Origin: a bacterium
GTDB lineage: Bacteria; Bacillota; Clostridia; Christensenellales; DTU072
DNA: 64,000 nt
Direction of reading: 5' to 3'
Assembly (NCBI GenBank): GCA_963644945.1
Contig: CAVIQK010000003.1
Span: 54,401-118,400 of the forward strand
In this document: positions 10,420 through 20,939 of the stretch, piece by piece
Layout: each line of letters opens with the position of its first letter
How positions within the stretch are numbered: the first letter of the stretch is position 1
Program-made: the position numbers and the translations under genes
Notes under the pieces: model-generated
Database searches by the model: none
Told to the model about the DNA's origin: nothing
The model's input: only the letters and a program-made list of their open reading frames with translations

Positions 10420-10545
10420 ATTATCGTTCACCTCATTTATTATTATAATTATAATACCACAAGAAGTGTGAATTGCCAACAATTTAGTGATTTTTTCACA
10501 AATTTCAAAAACGACACTTCTAAAATGTTTCTTTCGGAGGCTTGT

Positions 10546-13500
10546 ATGGAACTAAAACAACTCACTCTCGGATTTTCGTCAAAAAACGTGACAGAATTTG
10601 ATTTTGCACGCATCAACGATACGTTGTCTGTTGCTACCGGTGGCAATACCAAAGTGTTTCGTGACGGACTTTCGACTGCACTGTTTGGTTTTTCTGGAGA
10701 AAACGGTGACTCTGCACCGTTCAAATTTACCAAAATCACATTTGAAGAAAAAGATGCCGAACATATTTTGATTAGAGTCTTAGAAAAGGACGACGAAAAG
10801 ACCATCTATACCGAAGACGGCAAAGAAAAACCGATAGAAGATTTCTATGCAATACTCAAAAAAGAACTGAAAGCAGATCCGGAACTAGTGAAGAAATATT
10901 CGTTTGCCGAAGAAGATCTCGTCAACGAAGTGTTAGAAAAAGGTCTTGCCGGATATTTGTCTTATATTCCCGATATCGAAGAAAGAATAGAAGAAAGTTA
11001 CAAAAATGCTTGCGAAAGGGAACAAGAATTAGAAGAAAGACTTGTCCACTTGTCCAATTTTGAAGGAGTCGGTGGCGGACGTAATGCCCTTGTTGAGATA
11101 GACAAAGATATTCACGTTTTGGAAAATGCTCTCGACAATATAAGCGAAGACATAGCAAGAGGAGAGTCCGAAACCAAAACGGGCTACGAAGTACTCAAAA
11201 ATTCTGCAAGATTACAAGAACTTGAAGATATGGAATCAGACATGAACCACATCGAAGAGTACATCAATCTTTCAAAGAAAGCCAAAAACATTTTGGATCT
11301 CGAGGCTAGAGTTATCAAACTTGAAAATTCTGCGGTTTCCGGAAGAAGGACCGACGGGGACATTGCTCTACTCAAAGCAAAAGTTGAAAATCTTAATCGC
11401 CAAATCGCCAAATTTTCCGAAGAACAACGTAAATCCGAAGGCGAAGTTATCTATTATGCCGAAAAATTACAAGAACTTCGTGGCGACATAAAAGGTCTTG
11501 TCGAAGTCACCGCATCGGGTTCGACCGACGACGTAGAAACCGAAGTCGGCGAATATTACGAAGAATTCAAAAATGCCAAAGAGTCATACGAGGAAAGACT
11601 GAAAAAGGTAGAACTCGAAAGGAATGCTCTCTATGAGCATATCGCCGAGTTGGAAACAAGAAGAGGAAAAATCGCCTATCCTGTTGCTTACAGAAAAGCA
11701 GTCATTGATGCAGTGACATTAGAAGATCGTATGGCGGACATGAGCGCCCTTGCCGAAAAAGAAGAAAAAGTCATAGGCGAAATTGTCGAAGAAATAAAGA
11801 AAAAAGAAGAAGAATTCAAAAAACTTTCGGATAAAGCCGAAGATTTGGAAAAAGCGGCGGCAGAACTTCTTGCCGAGATATCCGGAGATTACGAAAGCAA
11901 GGAAGATCGCTTTAATGCCGAAAACGTAGAGAGAAATAAACTTTACAGCAATCACATAATCGTCAACGAGCAAGTTAGAGAAATTAAAGCCATCGAAGAT
12001 AAAATCAAAAAACTTCAAGAAAGCCAAAGAGAATTCCAAGACAAGAGAGCAAAACTCAACGATGCCAAAGTCGAGGTCGAACTCCACAAGGCAAAACTCA
12101 ACAAGCGTCTCCGTCAAATGGAAGACAAGTACAACGAGAGAATTGCCGAAAATCTCTATGCTCAACAAGTCGAATCTTTGAATTATGGCGACAGATGTCC
12201 TATATGCGACGGTTTTGTTATCAAGAAAAACGCAAAACTTCGTTTCATGAAAATGGATGACATTATTGCCGATATGGATGCAATAAAGAAAGCCATAGAA
12301 GAAGACGATTCCAAAATATCCAGAGTCCTTCTAAAACTAGGTGCATATATGTCAGCATCGGCATCCGGCGATGCTTATATCAATTCACTCGAAGACACTA
12401 GACAGAAAAAACAAGATGCGGTAGATGCATTCTGTAAAGAAAGCGGAGTCGAAACCCCTCCGGAACTCTCCGATAAACTAAGAAAAGCCATAGAAAATCA
12501 AAGGGATACCAACGAGAAGGCTGAAAAATATCACGATTTGGAAGGCCGTCTTGCATCTGTTTTGGAAGCGAAAGGAAGAGTTGCTTTCCAAATCAAAAAG
12601 ATGACAGAGTTAGAACTCGGACGTCACCAAAGAGCGCTTGACGATTACAAGTGTTCGGTTAGATCCGCAGTTGACGAATATCGTCCCGTTATGAAAGTTT
12701 TAGGCGGAGAAAAGGGCAAAGATGTCTATCCGAAACTTATGCTCGTAGATAAAGAATTGGAGACAATATCGGATGACCTAGAAAGTGCAAGAAAAAGACT
12801 TTCCGCAACCGACAAAGAAAGAGAAGACATCAACAAAACTCTTGCAATATTTGACGGTAGAGATCTCCCCATCGGAGACGGTGGCGAAAATGTCAATGTA
12901 GCGGGACTCGGTGCCAAGGTTATTGCCAGAAGGTTGAAAGCAATGACCGACGAAATCAAAAAATACGAAGACGAATATGAAAATGCCAAAGTCCGTTTTG
13001 TTGCCGCAAAACGTGTCGTTGACAACTATTCAAGAGAGAAATACAACATTGAAAAAGACCTTCTCGTTTCCGATGAATCGGGAAAGGCAGTCGTATCTTC
13101 CGACGACTCGTTGAGAAAAGAAATCGACGAAGGAGTCAAATCTCTCGGCATGCAATCTGTCGAAGAACTTAAAGACGTGGTTATAGCCGACGACGACGAA
13201 AGAGCCTTGGAAGCAATAATTGCAGGATTTAGAGGCGAACTCAACATGCTAAGGGGAGCCACTTCCGTTGTAAAAGAAACTCCCGAAATCGATGTTGAGG
13301 AACTTAAAGACAGAAGAAAACAAATACGTGAAGCGATCTCCGAAATGTATCAAAAGAGAGCAACGCTTAAAATCGGTATTGATGCAGCAGATAAAAATGA
13401 TCGTCAAAAAGACGAGGCACTACTACGTTTGAAGAGAGTAAGAGCCGACATAAGAGAACTTGACACAATCAAAACCTATATTGAGGACGGAACTCTAAAT

Positions 13501-13866
13501 GTTATGTCGTTGTTTGTAAGAGTGTTACAAGATGCGTCCAATGCAGCGTTTAGCATGACAAAAGGTGCATACAGCCTCGAATTTTCCGCAAACGGAATAG
13601 ACGTCGTGGACAACATAAAAGAGCAAACCATCCCCGAAAACAAACTCACCGATTATCAAAAAACGGTTAGATATCTTGCACTTTCTTCTAAAATCGCAAG
13701 TGTTATCGATTCGATAATCGACACCGACAACGATGTATTCTTTATGTTGAATTCGTTTGAAACCGACAAGAACTATGCAGAACTTGCCATCAATTTCTCG
13801 AAAGACAGAAATATTACGGTTGTTGCCGATGAAGATATAAAGACCGTCTTATCGGAAGTATTGTAA
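10546..13866 (+). CDS. Rad50/SbcC-like long coiled-coil protein with central CxxC zinc hook and degenerate ATPase motifs
   Basis: Start set at ATG 10546 (MELKQLTLGF) behind GGAGG. About 1000 aa are heptad-rich E/K/L sequence. CPIC sits at 12196..12207, residue ~551 of 1106, exactly at the midpoint. The N-terminal P-loop position reads ATGGNTKV instead of GxxGxGK[ST]. The C-terminal signature and Walker B positions read LTDYQ and FFMLNSFE instead of LSGGE and hhhhDE. Confidence 0.6.
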   Translation: MELKQLTLGFSSKNVTEFDFARINDTLSVATGGNTKVFRDGLSTALFGFSGENGDSAPFKFTKITFEEKDAEHILIRVLEKDDEKTIYTEDGKEKPIEDFYAILKKELKADPELVKKYSFAEEDLVNEVLEKGLAGYLSYIPDIEERIEESYKNACEREQELEERLVHLSNFEGVGGGRNALVEIDKDIHVLENALDNISEDIARGESETKTGYEVLKNSARLQELEDMESDMNHIEEYINLSKKAKNILDLEARVIKLENSAVSGRRTDGDIALLKAKVENLNRQIAKFSEEQRKSEGEVIYYAEKLQELRGDIKGLVEVTASGSTDDVETEVGEYYEEFKNAKESYEERLKKVELERNALYEHIAELETRRGKIAYPVAYRKAVIDAVTLEDRMADMSALAEKEEKVIGEIVEEIKKKEEEFKKLSDKAEDLEKAAAELLAEISGDYESKEDRFNAENVERNKLYSNHIIVNEQVREIKAIEDKIKKLQESQREFQDKRAKLNDAKVEVELHKAKLNKRLRQMEDKYNERIAENLYAQQVESLNYGDRCPICDGFVIKKNAKLRFMKMDDIIADMDAIKKAIEEDDSKISRVLLKLGAYMSASASGDAYINSLEDTRQKKQDAVDAFCKESGVETPPELSDKLRKAIENQRDTNEKAEKYHDLEGRLASVLEAKGRVAFQIKKMTELELGRHQRALDDYKCSVRSAVDEYRPVMKVLGGEKGKDVYPKLMLVDKELETISDDLESARKRLSATDKEREDINKTLAIFDGRDLPIGDGGENVNVAGLGAKVIARRLKAMTDEIKKYEDEYENAKVRFVAAKRVVDNYSREKYNIEKDLLVSDESGKAVVSSDDSLRKEIDEGVKSLGMQSVEELKDVVIADDDERALEAIIAGFRGELNMLRGATSVVKETPEIDVEELKDRRKQIREAISEMYQKRATLKIGIDAADKNDRQKDEALLRLKRVRADIRELDTIKTYIEDGTLNVMSLFVRVLQDASNAAFSMTKGAYSLEFSANGIDVVDNIKEQTIPENKLTDYQKTVRYLALSSKIASVIDSIIDTDNDVFFMLNSFETDKNYAELAINFSKDRNITVVADEDIKTVLSEVL

Positions 13867-13885
13867 AATCAATAGATTATAAAAA

Positions 13886-14389
13886 ATGAAAAGGCAAAAA
13901 AAACTTTTAGTTTTATGCAGAATAGCGGTAATTGCGGCGATATATTTCGTCGCAACTTATTTTTTAGCCCCCATTTCTTTTGGCGAAATTCAGTTTAGAA
14001 TAAGCGAAGGCATGATGATTCTTCCGTTGTTCTTCCCCGATTCGATTGTAGGTTTGACACTCGGTTGTGTGCTTGCCAATTTAAGTTCCCCGTTTGGAAT
14101 TATTGACGTGGGACTTGGCTCTCTTGCAACGCTTATTGGCGGAATAGGCACGTTTTTCCTTGGGAAAATTCTCAACGGCAAAAAAATGCGTCCCTTTATA
14201 TCCCTAATTCCGCCGGTCGTGTCCAATGTTCTTATAGTGCCTCTCGTATGGCTTTTGACGGGTACGGACGACAGTTATTGGGTACTCGCCGCATCCTTGT
14301 TTGTTTCGGAAACAATATCAGTTTATGCGATAGGTTTGCCCCTTTATTACAACATTGACAGGATTTTGCAACGAAGCAAACCTGTCTAG
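13886..14389 (+). CDS. queT: Queuosine precursor transporter QueT (ECF S-component-like)
   Basis: 167 aa with about 5 TM segments. Strong resemblance to the QueT family: APISFGEIQFRISEGMMILPLFF, GLTLGCVLANLSSPFGIIDVGLGSLATLIG. Confidence 0.8.
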   Translation: MKRQKKLLVLCRIAVIAAIYFVATYFLAPISFGEIQFRISEGMMILPLFFPDSIVGLTLGCVLANLSSPFGIIDVGLGSLATLIGGIGTFFLGKILNGKKMRPFISLIPPVVSNVLIVPLVWLLTGTDDSYWVLAASLFVSETISVYAIGLPLYYNIDRILQRSKPV

Positions 14390-14494
14390 CAACAATTTTC
14401 AACAAATTTTACTTGTCATTAAATATTGTTTGTTATATAATAACTATACTTGTATTATTATAAAGTGCGCACGCACACGGAGAATAAGAAGAAG

Positions 14495-16768
14495 ATGAAG
14501 AAAAAGATCTTAGCATTTGTACTTATCATTGTGGTTTTCGCCTTGGCATTATCGGGTTGTTCATTTATAAAACTCAATGCCGACAGACAATCGTCCAGAG
14601 TTATTCGTACCGTCACCAAAGACAACGTATCTCTCAACATCACATATACGGAACTCAAAGATTATACCAATAGCCTTCTTTACGGAAGTTTTTATAGTTA
14701 TGTTTCCCAAGGTTATATGTCGGTTTCGGATGTCGTAGATTATGCCCTTGCAGCCAAAACTCAATCAAAGGCATTGACGATCACTGCGATGGAATATTTG
14801 AAAACTCTCAACAGACAAAACCTCGTAGGCGATGCAATGTACAACGAATTGGTCAACAAATACGGCTCGGACAACATCAACAAACAAGTTTTGTCCGCAT
14901 TGACCATTGCCGAATATTACGATGCAATAGCGAGTGTCAACGAAAGTTTAGATTCGTTGGTTGAAAATTACAAAGAAGAATATTACAACAACCAAAGAAA
15001 AGACACCGTATATTCTGCCGACCTTCAAGATGTCAAAGAAATCAAGATCGTCCAAGGTGTCGAAGATGAATATTATGTAGGTTCCGTCGGACCTAAAACC
15101 GAAGACATCAAAATCGAAGTTTCCTACACCGAGGAATCTAAAAAAGAGGCTATCACGCTTCCTATAACAAGTAGCATGATTTCTAAAGCCTTCTCGTCAA
15201 GTTCTGCAGCCGAAGACAGCGAATTTATCGTAAAACTCGACGTCGAAGTAATGAAAGACGGCAAATATACAGCCAACGTTGTGACTGCGACCAAAACTTA
15301 CAATGTCGTAGAAGCCCCCACAACCAGAGAAAATGAAGAAGACGAAAAAGTCGCTCTTGAAGAAATAAGATATAAGTCCGCAAGTGAAATTGCTTACTGG
15401 GCAGAAACAAACGGTGTCGATTACGGCTACGAAATCCCCGCAATTGTTGACCTCGATGCTCAAAAGACGAGTTCGGATGCGGCTACCGCTTATGCTTGGA
15501 CAGAAGTAGAAAAATATCTAAAAGATGCCGGCAGAACGATGGATTATTACTATGCAAGTGCAATAGAATCTGAAGTTATATCTGCATATAAAGCCGAAAT
15601 CAACAAGTTGAGCGAAGAAGAATTTTCCGCACAACTCGATACCGAAGTTGCCAAGAAAATAACCGAACTTCAAAACGACAGCATCAAAAACTACAAAGAT
15701 AAAACCGTCGCCGCTCAAAAAACCGCCTTCATCTCGGCAATAGAAGATACACTTGATTCTTTATATTATGTCCCCGAAATCGGCCAAGTCAAAGGTTATT
15801 TCTATGTTTCTCACCTTCTCATAAAAGATTCTTCAATAGGTGACGAATTCACAGAGCAAGGTTCCGACGATCAATTGATTGCCGACAATATCGGCACAAT
15901 GACTGTTGACGAAATCAACACCAGATTTGATGCATCCTTCGAATGTGACGGTTGGGAATATAACGAAGAAGGTGTGTATGTTCACAACGAATCTAAATGT
16001 TCCGACAAAGAAACACAAGACAAATCTCAATGCAAATCAATTGCATATCTAGCGAAAGACGTAAAGGCTACGACCGTACTTGACAATCTTGCAAAAGAAT
16101 TGAACGGCGAAACCGACGGAGCGAAGAGAGTTGCTATATTCAATAATTATGTAGAGAAATATGGTCAAGATCCCGGAATTTTATCTAAGACCAACGGTTA
16201 TCTTATTACTCCCGACGTAGATGATATGTCTTGGGTTGACGGATTCGAATCTCTCGGAATTTTGCTCGGAGCATCCGCAAACTATCAAAATGTAGGCACC
16301 TACAAAGTTGACAAGGATGCGGCAGTTGCATCTTTCAAATCTCTTTATGGTCTTGACGATGCAAAGGCAAATGAACTTTATGAAAAGTATAATAAAAATG
16401 TCAATGTATATACAGCCGATGACGGTTCCGCACTTTATTACACAATAGCCAACACCGTAAGTTCCGGCGGATATGCAGGCATCCACGTAATGATGGTTAC
16501 ATTCTTCCCCTTCTCGGCAGATTGGACTGCAGACTCCGTAATAAATATTGACGGCGACAAACTTTCCGACTCTGTAAGAGAATCTACACTTGACACCAAA
16601 CTTGACGACGATTATACCGCAAAGACCGATTGGTTGTCCGACTATGAAACAGATGACAACGGATATACCATTACACTCGGCAAGAAATATACCGAAAAAG
16701 GATTCTCCGTCAAGGACCACAAGAAGATAGGTGATTATATCTCCGATATAGTTGAGTCAATTGGTTAA
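14495..16768 (+). CDS. Large lipoprotein, function unknown (757 aa)
   Basis: Start moved to ATG 14495 (MKKKILAFVLIIVVFALALSGC-SF), giving a signal peptide with a lipobox. The rest is hydrophilic D/E/K/Y-rich sequence with no catalytic motif that I recognise. Confidence 0.6.
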   Translation: MKKKILAFVLIIVVFALALSGCSFIKLNADRQSSRVIRTVTKDNVSLNITYTELKDYTNSLLYGSFYSYVSQGYMSVSDVVDYALAAKTQSKALTITAMEYLKTLNRQNLVGDAMYNELVNKYGSDNINKQVLSALTIAEYYDAIASVNESLDSLVENYKEEYYNNQRKDTVYSADLQDVKEIKIVQGVEDEYYVGSVGPKTEDIKIEVSYTEESKKEAITLPITSSMISKAFSSSSAAEDSEFIVKLDVEVMKDGKYTANVVTATKTYNVVEAPTTRENEEDEKVALEEIRYKSASEIAYWAETNGVDYGYEIPAIVDLDAQKTSSDAATAYAWTEVEKYLKDAGRTMDYYYASAIESEVISAYKAEINKLSEEEFSAQLDTEVAKKITELQNDSIKNYKDKTVAAQKTAFISAIEDTLDSLYYVPEIGQVKGYFYVSHLLIKDSSIGDEFTEQGSDDQLIADNIGTMTVDEINTRFDASFECDGWEYNEEGVYVHNESKCSDKETQDKSQCKSIAYLAKDVKATTVLDNLAKELNGETDGAKRVAIFNNYVEKYGQDPGILSKTNGYLITPDVDDMSWVDGFESLGILLGASANYQNVGTYKVDKDAAVASFKSLYGLDDAKANELYEKYNKNVNVYTADDGSALYYTIANTVSSGGYAGIHVMMVTFFPFSADWTADSVINIDGDKLSDSVRESTLDTKLDDDYTAKTDWLSDYETDDNGYTITLGKKYTEKGFSVKDHKKIGDYISDIVESIG

Positions 16769-16786
16769 GAAAAAATTAGAGCAAAA

Positions 16787-16821
16787 AGAAAGTGGCACAA
16801 TCAATGTGCCACTTTTTATTT
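16787..16821. terminator. Bidirectional rho-independent terminator between convergent lipoprotein genes
   Basis: Perfect 9-bp stem AGTGGCACA / TGTGCCACT (16791..16813) with a 5-nt loop, flanked by an A-run upstream and TTTTATTT downstream. Confidence 0.7.
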
Positions 16822-16838
16822 ATCCGACAAATATTTTA

Positions 16839-17684
16839 TTAGCCTTCGAAAGAATAGAACTTAAAGGTTATTCCGTTTTCCATGATTGTCATAGGTATTT
16901 TAGAAGACTCGTATTCACAACCTTTTGTGGATGCATAAGTTTTGTCTTTCATGTATAGGACGGAGATAGAAGAGCCTACCGGAATTGACGAGCGAGAAAA
17001 TGTTTGAAGAACAGCCGTAACCGTTTCGGTTTCACTACCCGATCCTGTAATAAGTGTTCCGCTTCCCGTTGTTTTGACAGAAGAAGATAATGTGACCGAT
17101 TCCAAAGTGTCTTTATCAAAAGTCGTTATAGATTTGGTGACTCCGGACGAAAGACTGTCAAAAGTACGCATATAAGTGTAGATGAAATCGGAATCTATAT
17201 ATCCCGATCCGACTTTCTCGGTACCTTCTTTGGTAGTACCGTTACTTGTTTTTGTATATGTTAGATTTTTGGATCCGTCATATTGTGTGGTCAAAGTGTA
17301 ATTTTTGCCATTATAATTGACCATTTTGTATCCTGCAAGCGTGATCCAAAGGTTAGAACTTCCGCCTTTTTGAACAAGCGATTCGCTCTTCATGATGATA
17401 TTGCCTTCAAGATCCGATATGACGGAAGTGAATTTTACACCGTTTGTAAGAGTGATTCCGTTTTCTATTCCGGTGACAAATTGTTCTCCCGAAATTTCTT
17501 CGACAGTGTTGACCATCGTTGCGAATTTGGAGTCTTCGGAATTGCCCGAATAGACATTATAGGTCACAATTTCTTTGTCAACCCAAGCCCTACCGGGAAT
17601 TTCGGTTTTGGTACAACCTTGAAAAGTTAATGCACCTACTGCTAAAACGATAATAAGAACTAAAACAAATATAACTTTTTTCAT
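16839..17684 (-). CDS. Lipoprotein, function unknown (281 aa)
   Basis: Signal peptide with lipobox (VLIIVLAVGALTFQGC-TK). T/S/G-rich, beta-strand-like sequence. Confidence 0.6.
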   Translation of the reverse strand: MKKVIFVLVLIIVLAVGALTFQGCTKTEIPGRAWVDKEIVTYNVYSGNSEDSKFATMVNTVEEISGEQFVTGIENGITLTNGVKFTSVISDLEGNIIMKSESLVQKGGSSNLWITLAGYKMVNYNGKNYTLTTQYDGSKNLTYTKTSNGTTKEGTEKVGSGYIDSDFIYTYMRTFDSLSSGVTKSITTFDKDTLESVTLSSSVKTTGSGTLITGSGSETETVTAVLQTFSRSSIPVGSSISVLYMKDKTYASTKGCEYESSKIPMTIMENGITFKFYSFEG

Positions 17685-17778
17685 AATAACAAGATTATAA
17701 CATCTTTTTTAGTTAAGTCAAACAAATTTTGTCTTTGCCTATATAAAGAATAAAATTATTATTTATTATTTTATGTCC

Positions 17779-17807
17779 TTAAAATATCCCATAAGATGTG
17801 TTATAAT
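17779..17807 (+). promoter_or_regulatory. Putative extended -10 promoter of addBA (TGTTATAAT), ATG 6 nt downstream
   Basis: TGT+TATAAT at 17799..17807 and a weak -35 TTAAAA at 17779..17784 with a 17-nt spacer. There is no Shine-Dalgarno before ATG 17814. Confidence 0.4.
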
Positions 17808-17813
17808 AAAACC

Positions 17814-20800
17814 ATGATAAAGATATTTGATGGAAATACAGGCAATTTTGCCGCAGAAAAAGCAATTTTGACCATAAAAGAACACGGTCTAACACAAGGG
17901 AAACATGTTGTAATTGTTCCCGACCGTTTTGCAATGTCCGTTGAAAAAGAAATTTTTGATTTGTTGGACATCCCCGGTTCGTTTAATATTGACGTCGTTT
18001 CGTTTACCCGACTTGCCGTCAAAAAATTAAAGAACAATGCAAAAAAATGTCTGACAAAAGAGGGCGCAATCGTACTCACGACCAATATTTTGTTGCGGAA
18101 GAAAGACGAACTCCAATTTTTCTCCCTAGACGGCAATAGAAGATCTTTGGCAAAAGATATATATGCGGTTATTGCATCTCTAAGGACAAGTAGAATTTCG
18201 GCAGACACCCTAAAAAAAGAGTTCAACGGCGAAGGCGATTCTCTTTCAAGAAAATATCACGACCTTGCCTTGATTTATGAAGAGTACGAGAAATCTCTCG
18301 ATGAAATCAACAATGCCGGAGACACTTTGACAAGACTTGCCACGTATGAAAAATTGATCCCGTTTGATAAAGATTTAGAAAATACGCATTTTTATATAAT
18401 CGGTTTCAATTCGTTCAAAGGCAGTGAATTAAGTATTATTTTAGAACTAGGCAAATATGCGAAATCAGTCACGATTGCACTAAACGGCGGAAGCGGTGGC
18501 CCCAACAACAATTTGTTCTCGAAGAAAACGATTGAAAAATTTAAGGGGCTTGCCACTGTAGAGCGAGTAGAAAAATCTTTGCCCGAGCCTATCGATTGCA
18601 TTTATAAGACGATCTTTTCGTACAGTAAAAGAGAGAACCAAACCCTAAATCAAAATGACCGGATACAGGTATTCAAAGAGATCGCCCCGCACTCCGAAAT
18701 CAGAGGAATCGCTCTCGAAATAAAGTCCCTTATAAAGAAAGGTTATAGGTATAAAGATATAGCCCTAGTGACTCACGACGATAGTTACAAAGATGTCATA
18801 GACGGAGTATTTTCAAGACTAGAAGTCCCCGTTTTTATCGACAGAAAATATCCGTTGAAAGAAACTTTATTATCTAGACTTATCGAAAATTATATTCAAC
18901 TAAACACCTCGGGGTTTGAAAGAAAAAGATTTTACGATTTTGCGACAAATCGCCTTTTAGGGTTCCAATACAGTGACATTGAGAGCCTAAACGATTGGTT
19001 GATGTCAAGCAATATCAACCATAGCGAAATAATTAAAAAAGATTTTGGCAAAAGCGAACCGTCTAAAAATGTTCTCAATACTCTTGATTCCGTCTTGAAA
19101 TATATAGAACTTTTACCGGACAAATTTACCGTTTCCGAGGGAATAGAGAATCTTAGAAATCTCACCTCAAAAATCGATTTTTCTATACTCGAAAAGATCT
19201 TCTCCGATGATGGTTTTAACGACGAAAAACTTTACGAAATCAACAGTAGGGCGCAAGAACTTTTAGACAATGAATTTGAAGAATTTTTGCGTCTTGACGA
19301 TAAAAGACAGATTACCCCGAAAGAATTTTTGGATATGGTAAAAGGTGCCATTGACTCCGTCGAAATCTCGCTTATCCCCAATGTCGCCGATGCCGTTTTT
19401 GTCGGCACCAACGAAGAAAGCCGATTCTTTGACAAGAAGATAATTTTTATAGCGGGAGCATCCGAAGGCAAAATGCCTCGCACATCAAGTTATCATGCGA
19501 TTCTTCCCGAAAAGGATATAAACTTGTTCCATAGCAAAAATTTGGAAATATATCCGACACCTTTGGAAATAATTAGAGAAGATAAAGGCTCCCTTGCCGA
19601 GTTGCTCACGATGGCGACCGACAGAATCTATATTTCCTATTCGGAATATTCTCTTCTAGGAGTCCCCGAGACCGCCGGAGAGTTTTTCAAACAAATAGCA
19701 TCGATCTTAGGAGTTACCGAATATTCAAAACTTTCCGACAAATTCGTTGTTGATGGCAAAAATCTCGCCGATGGTTTAGGGAGCAAGAAAAATGCAAAAT
19801 ACGAATTGTTAAAATCTAAAAACGCTATTCTTTCCGACGAACAAAAATCGTATTTTTCTGCACTAAAAGATTATCTCGAATCGGTCGGCGAAAATATGGA
19901 AACGACAGAAAGACCTTCCGTAAATACTCTCGGCTGTTCGTTTTATAAAGATGACACTATTGTATCCAAAGTCACCGGTATAGAATCATTTTATACTTGT
20001 CCTTATAAATATTTTCTCGACAATGTTGTCATGGTGAAGAATAAAGACGAAGGAAAAGCGGACAGATTGCAAGTAGGTATCATCATCCATAACGTGTTGG
20101 AAAAATTTTTCTCAGATTTTAGTTATAGTTATCTAAATATGACCAAAACGGAGATAGAAGCAAAAACCAATCAAATCCTTGACGAAATTTTTGACAATCC
20201 CGAATTTAGATATCTCGAAAACAAGTCCGGCGAAATTGTAAAAAACAACTTACGTAGAGAAAGTGTGTTCAATATATTGCGACTAGTAACAGCCGTAAAA
20301 CACAGCAAATATCGTCCAAAACACATAGAATATCCTTTCGAAGAGACGATTGGCAAGGAAATTACCCTGAAAGGCAAAATTGATAGAGTTGACGAATATG
20401 ACGGTAAATTCATGATTTTGGACTACAAGACGGGAAGTGTCAGAGACAAGGATGCAACAAAAGGACTTTATTACGGATTTAGTTTGCAACCCTATCTTTA
20501 TGCAATTCCTTTCTTAAAAGAAGGCAAAACGCCGACGGGAGCATTTTATGTTCCGATCAATGAGACGTACAGCAAAGAAGAAGAATCTTTCCGATACACA
20601 GGAAAATATACACCGGATGAAATCGTATTGAAAGAAATTGACAACAGATTGTATGAGGTCGACGGAATTTTGCCGGAGTCTCTATCATTCGACAAGGAAA
20701 GACACCCCGTAGCCCTTAAAAATGCAGGATTTTCAAGCACAGATTTTAAGTTTGCGAGTGACTACGCCCAAGAATTGGTAAAAAAAGCGGTAAACTGTTT

Positions 20801-20927
20801 TAGAGAGGGGTACATTGAGCGAAAGCCCAAAGACGACGCTTGCGAATATTGCCAATATGCGGGGACATGCACCGAAATAAAAGTAAGAAAAATTAGCGCA
20901 AGAAATCTAACAGACGGGAAATTTTGA
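17814..20927 (+). CDS. addB: Helicase-exonuclease AddAB, subunit B
   Basis: About 1037 aa directly upstream of addA. C-terminal RecB-family nuclease motif (MILDYKTG). Four Fe-S cluster cysteines (FYTCPYKYF ... CEYCQYAGTC). The N-terminal P-loop is degenerate (DGNTGNFAAEKA). Start chosen at MIKIFDG. Confidence 0.85.
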   Translation: MIKIFDGNTGNFAAEKAILTIKEHGLTQGKHVVIVPDRFAMSVEKEIFDLLDIPGSFNIDVVSFTRLAVKKLKNNAKKCLTKEGAIVLTTNILLRKKDELQFFSLDGNRRSLAKDIYAVIASLRTSRISADTLKKEFNGEGDSLSRKYHDLALIYEEYEKSLDEINNAGDTLTRLATYEKLIPFDKDLENTHFYIIGFNSFKGSELSIILELGKYAKSVTIALNGGSGGPNNNLFSKKTIEKFKGLATVERVEKSLPEPIDCIYKTIFSYSKRENQTLNQNDRIQVFKEIAPHSEIRGIALEIKSLIKKGYRYKDIALVTHDDSYKDVIDGVFSRLEVPVFIDRKYPLKETLLSRLIENYIQLNTSGFERKRFYDFATNRLLGFQYSDIESLNDWLMSSNINHSEIIKKDFGKSEPSKNVLNTLDSVLKYIELLPDKFTVSEGIENLRNLTSKIDFSILEKIFSDDGFNDEKLYEINSRAQELLDNEFEEFLRLDDKRQITPKEFLDMVKGAIDSVEISLIPNVADAVFVGTNEESRFFDKKIIFIAGASEGKMPRTSSYHAILPEKDINLFHSKNLEIYPTPLEIIREDKGSLAELLTMATDRIYISYSEYSLLGVPETAGEFFKQIASILGVTEYSKLSDKFVVDGKNLADGLGSKKNAKYELLKSKNAILSDEQKSYFSALKDYLESVGENMETTERPSVNTLGCSFYKDDTIVSKVTGIESFYTCPYKYFLDNVVMVKNKDEGKADRLQVGIIIHNVLEKFFSDFSYSYLNMTKTEIEAKTNQILDEIFDNPEFRYLENKSGEIVKNNLRRESVFNILRLVTAVKHSKYRPKHIEYPFEETIGKEITLKGKIDRVDEYDGKFMILDYKTGSVRDKDATKGLYYGFSLQPYLYAIPFLKEGKTPTGAFYVPINETYSKEEESFRYTGKYTPDEIVLKEIDNRLYEVDGILPESLSFDKERHPVALKNAGFSSTDFKFASDYAQELVKKAVNCFREGYIERKPKDDACEYCQYAGTCTEIKVRKISARNLTDGKF

Positions 20928-20939
20928 CGAGGAAAATAT

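Noticed and set aside
13867-13885. Expected preQ1 riboswitch upstream of queT.
   Set aside because: Only 19 nt separate queT from the preceding stop codon, which leaves no room for any preQ1 aptamer.
16181-16720. Long antisense ORFs inside well-supported genes. Examples are 16181..16720, 24309..24791, 37257..37919, 43561..44193, 54697..55392, 56221..56787 and 60476..61033, all on the minus strand.
   Set aside because: Each lies fully within a plus-strand gene that has clear family motifs or operon context. Their products are Cys/Phe/Val/Ile-rich or low-complexity, as expected from reading A/T-rich or E/K-rich genes backwards. They lack SD sites and independent promoters, so I treat them as shadow ORFs.
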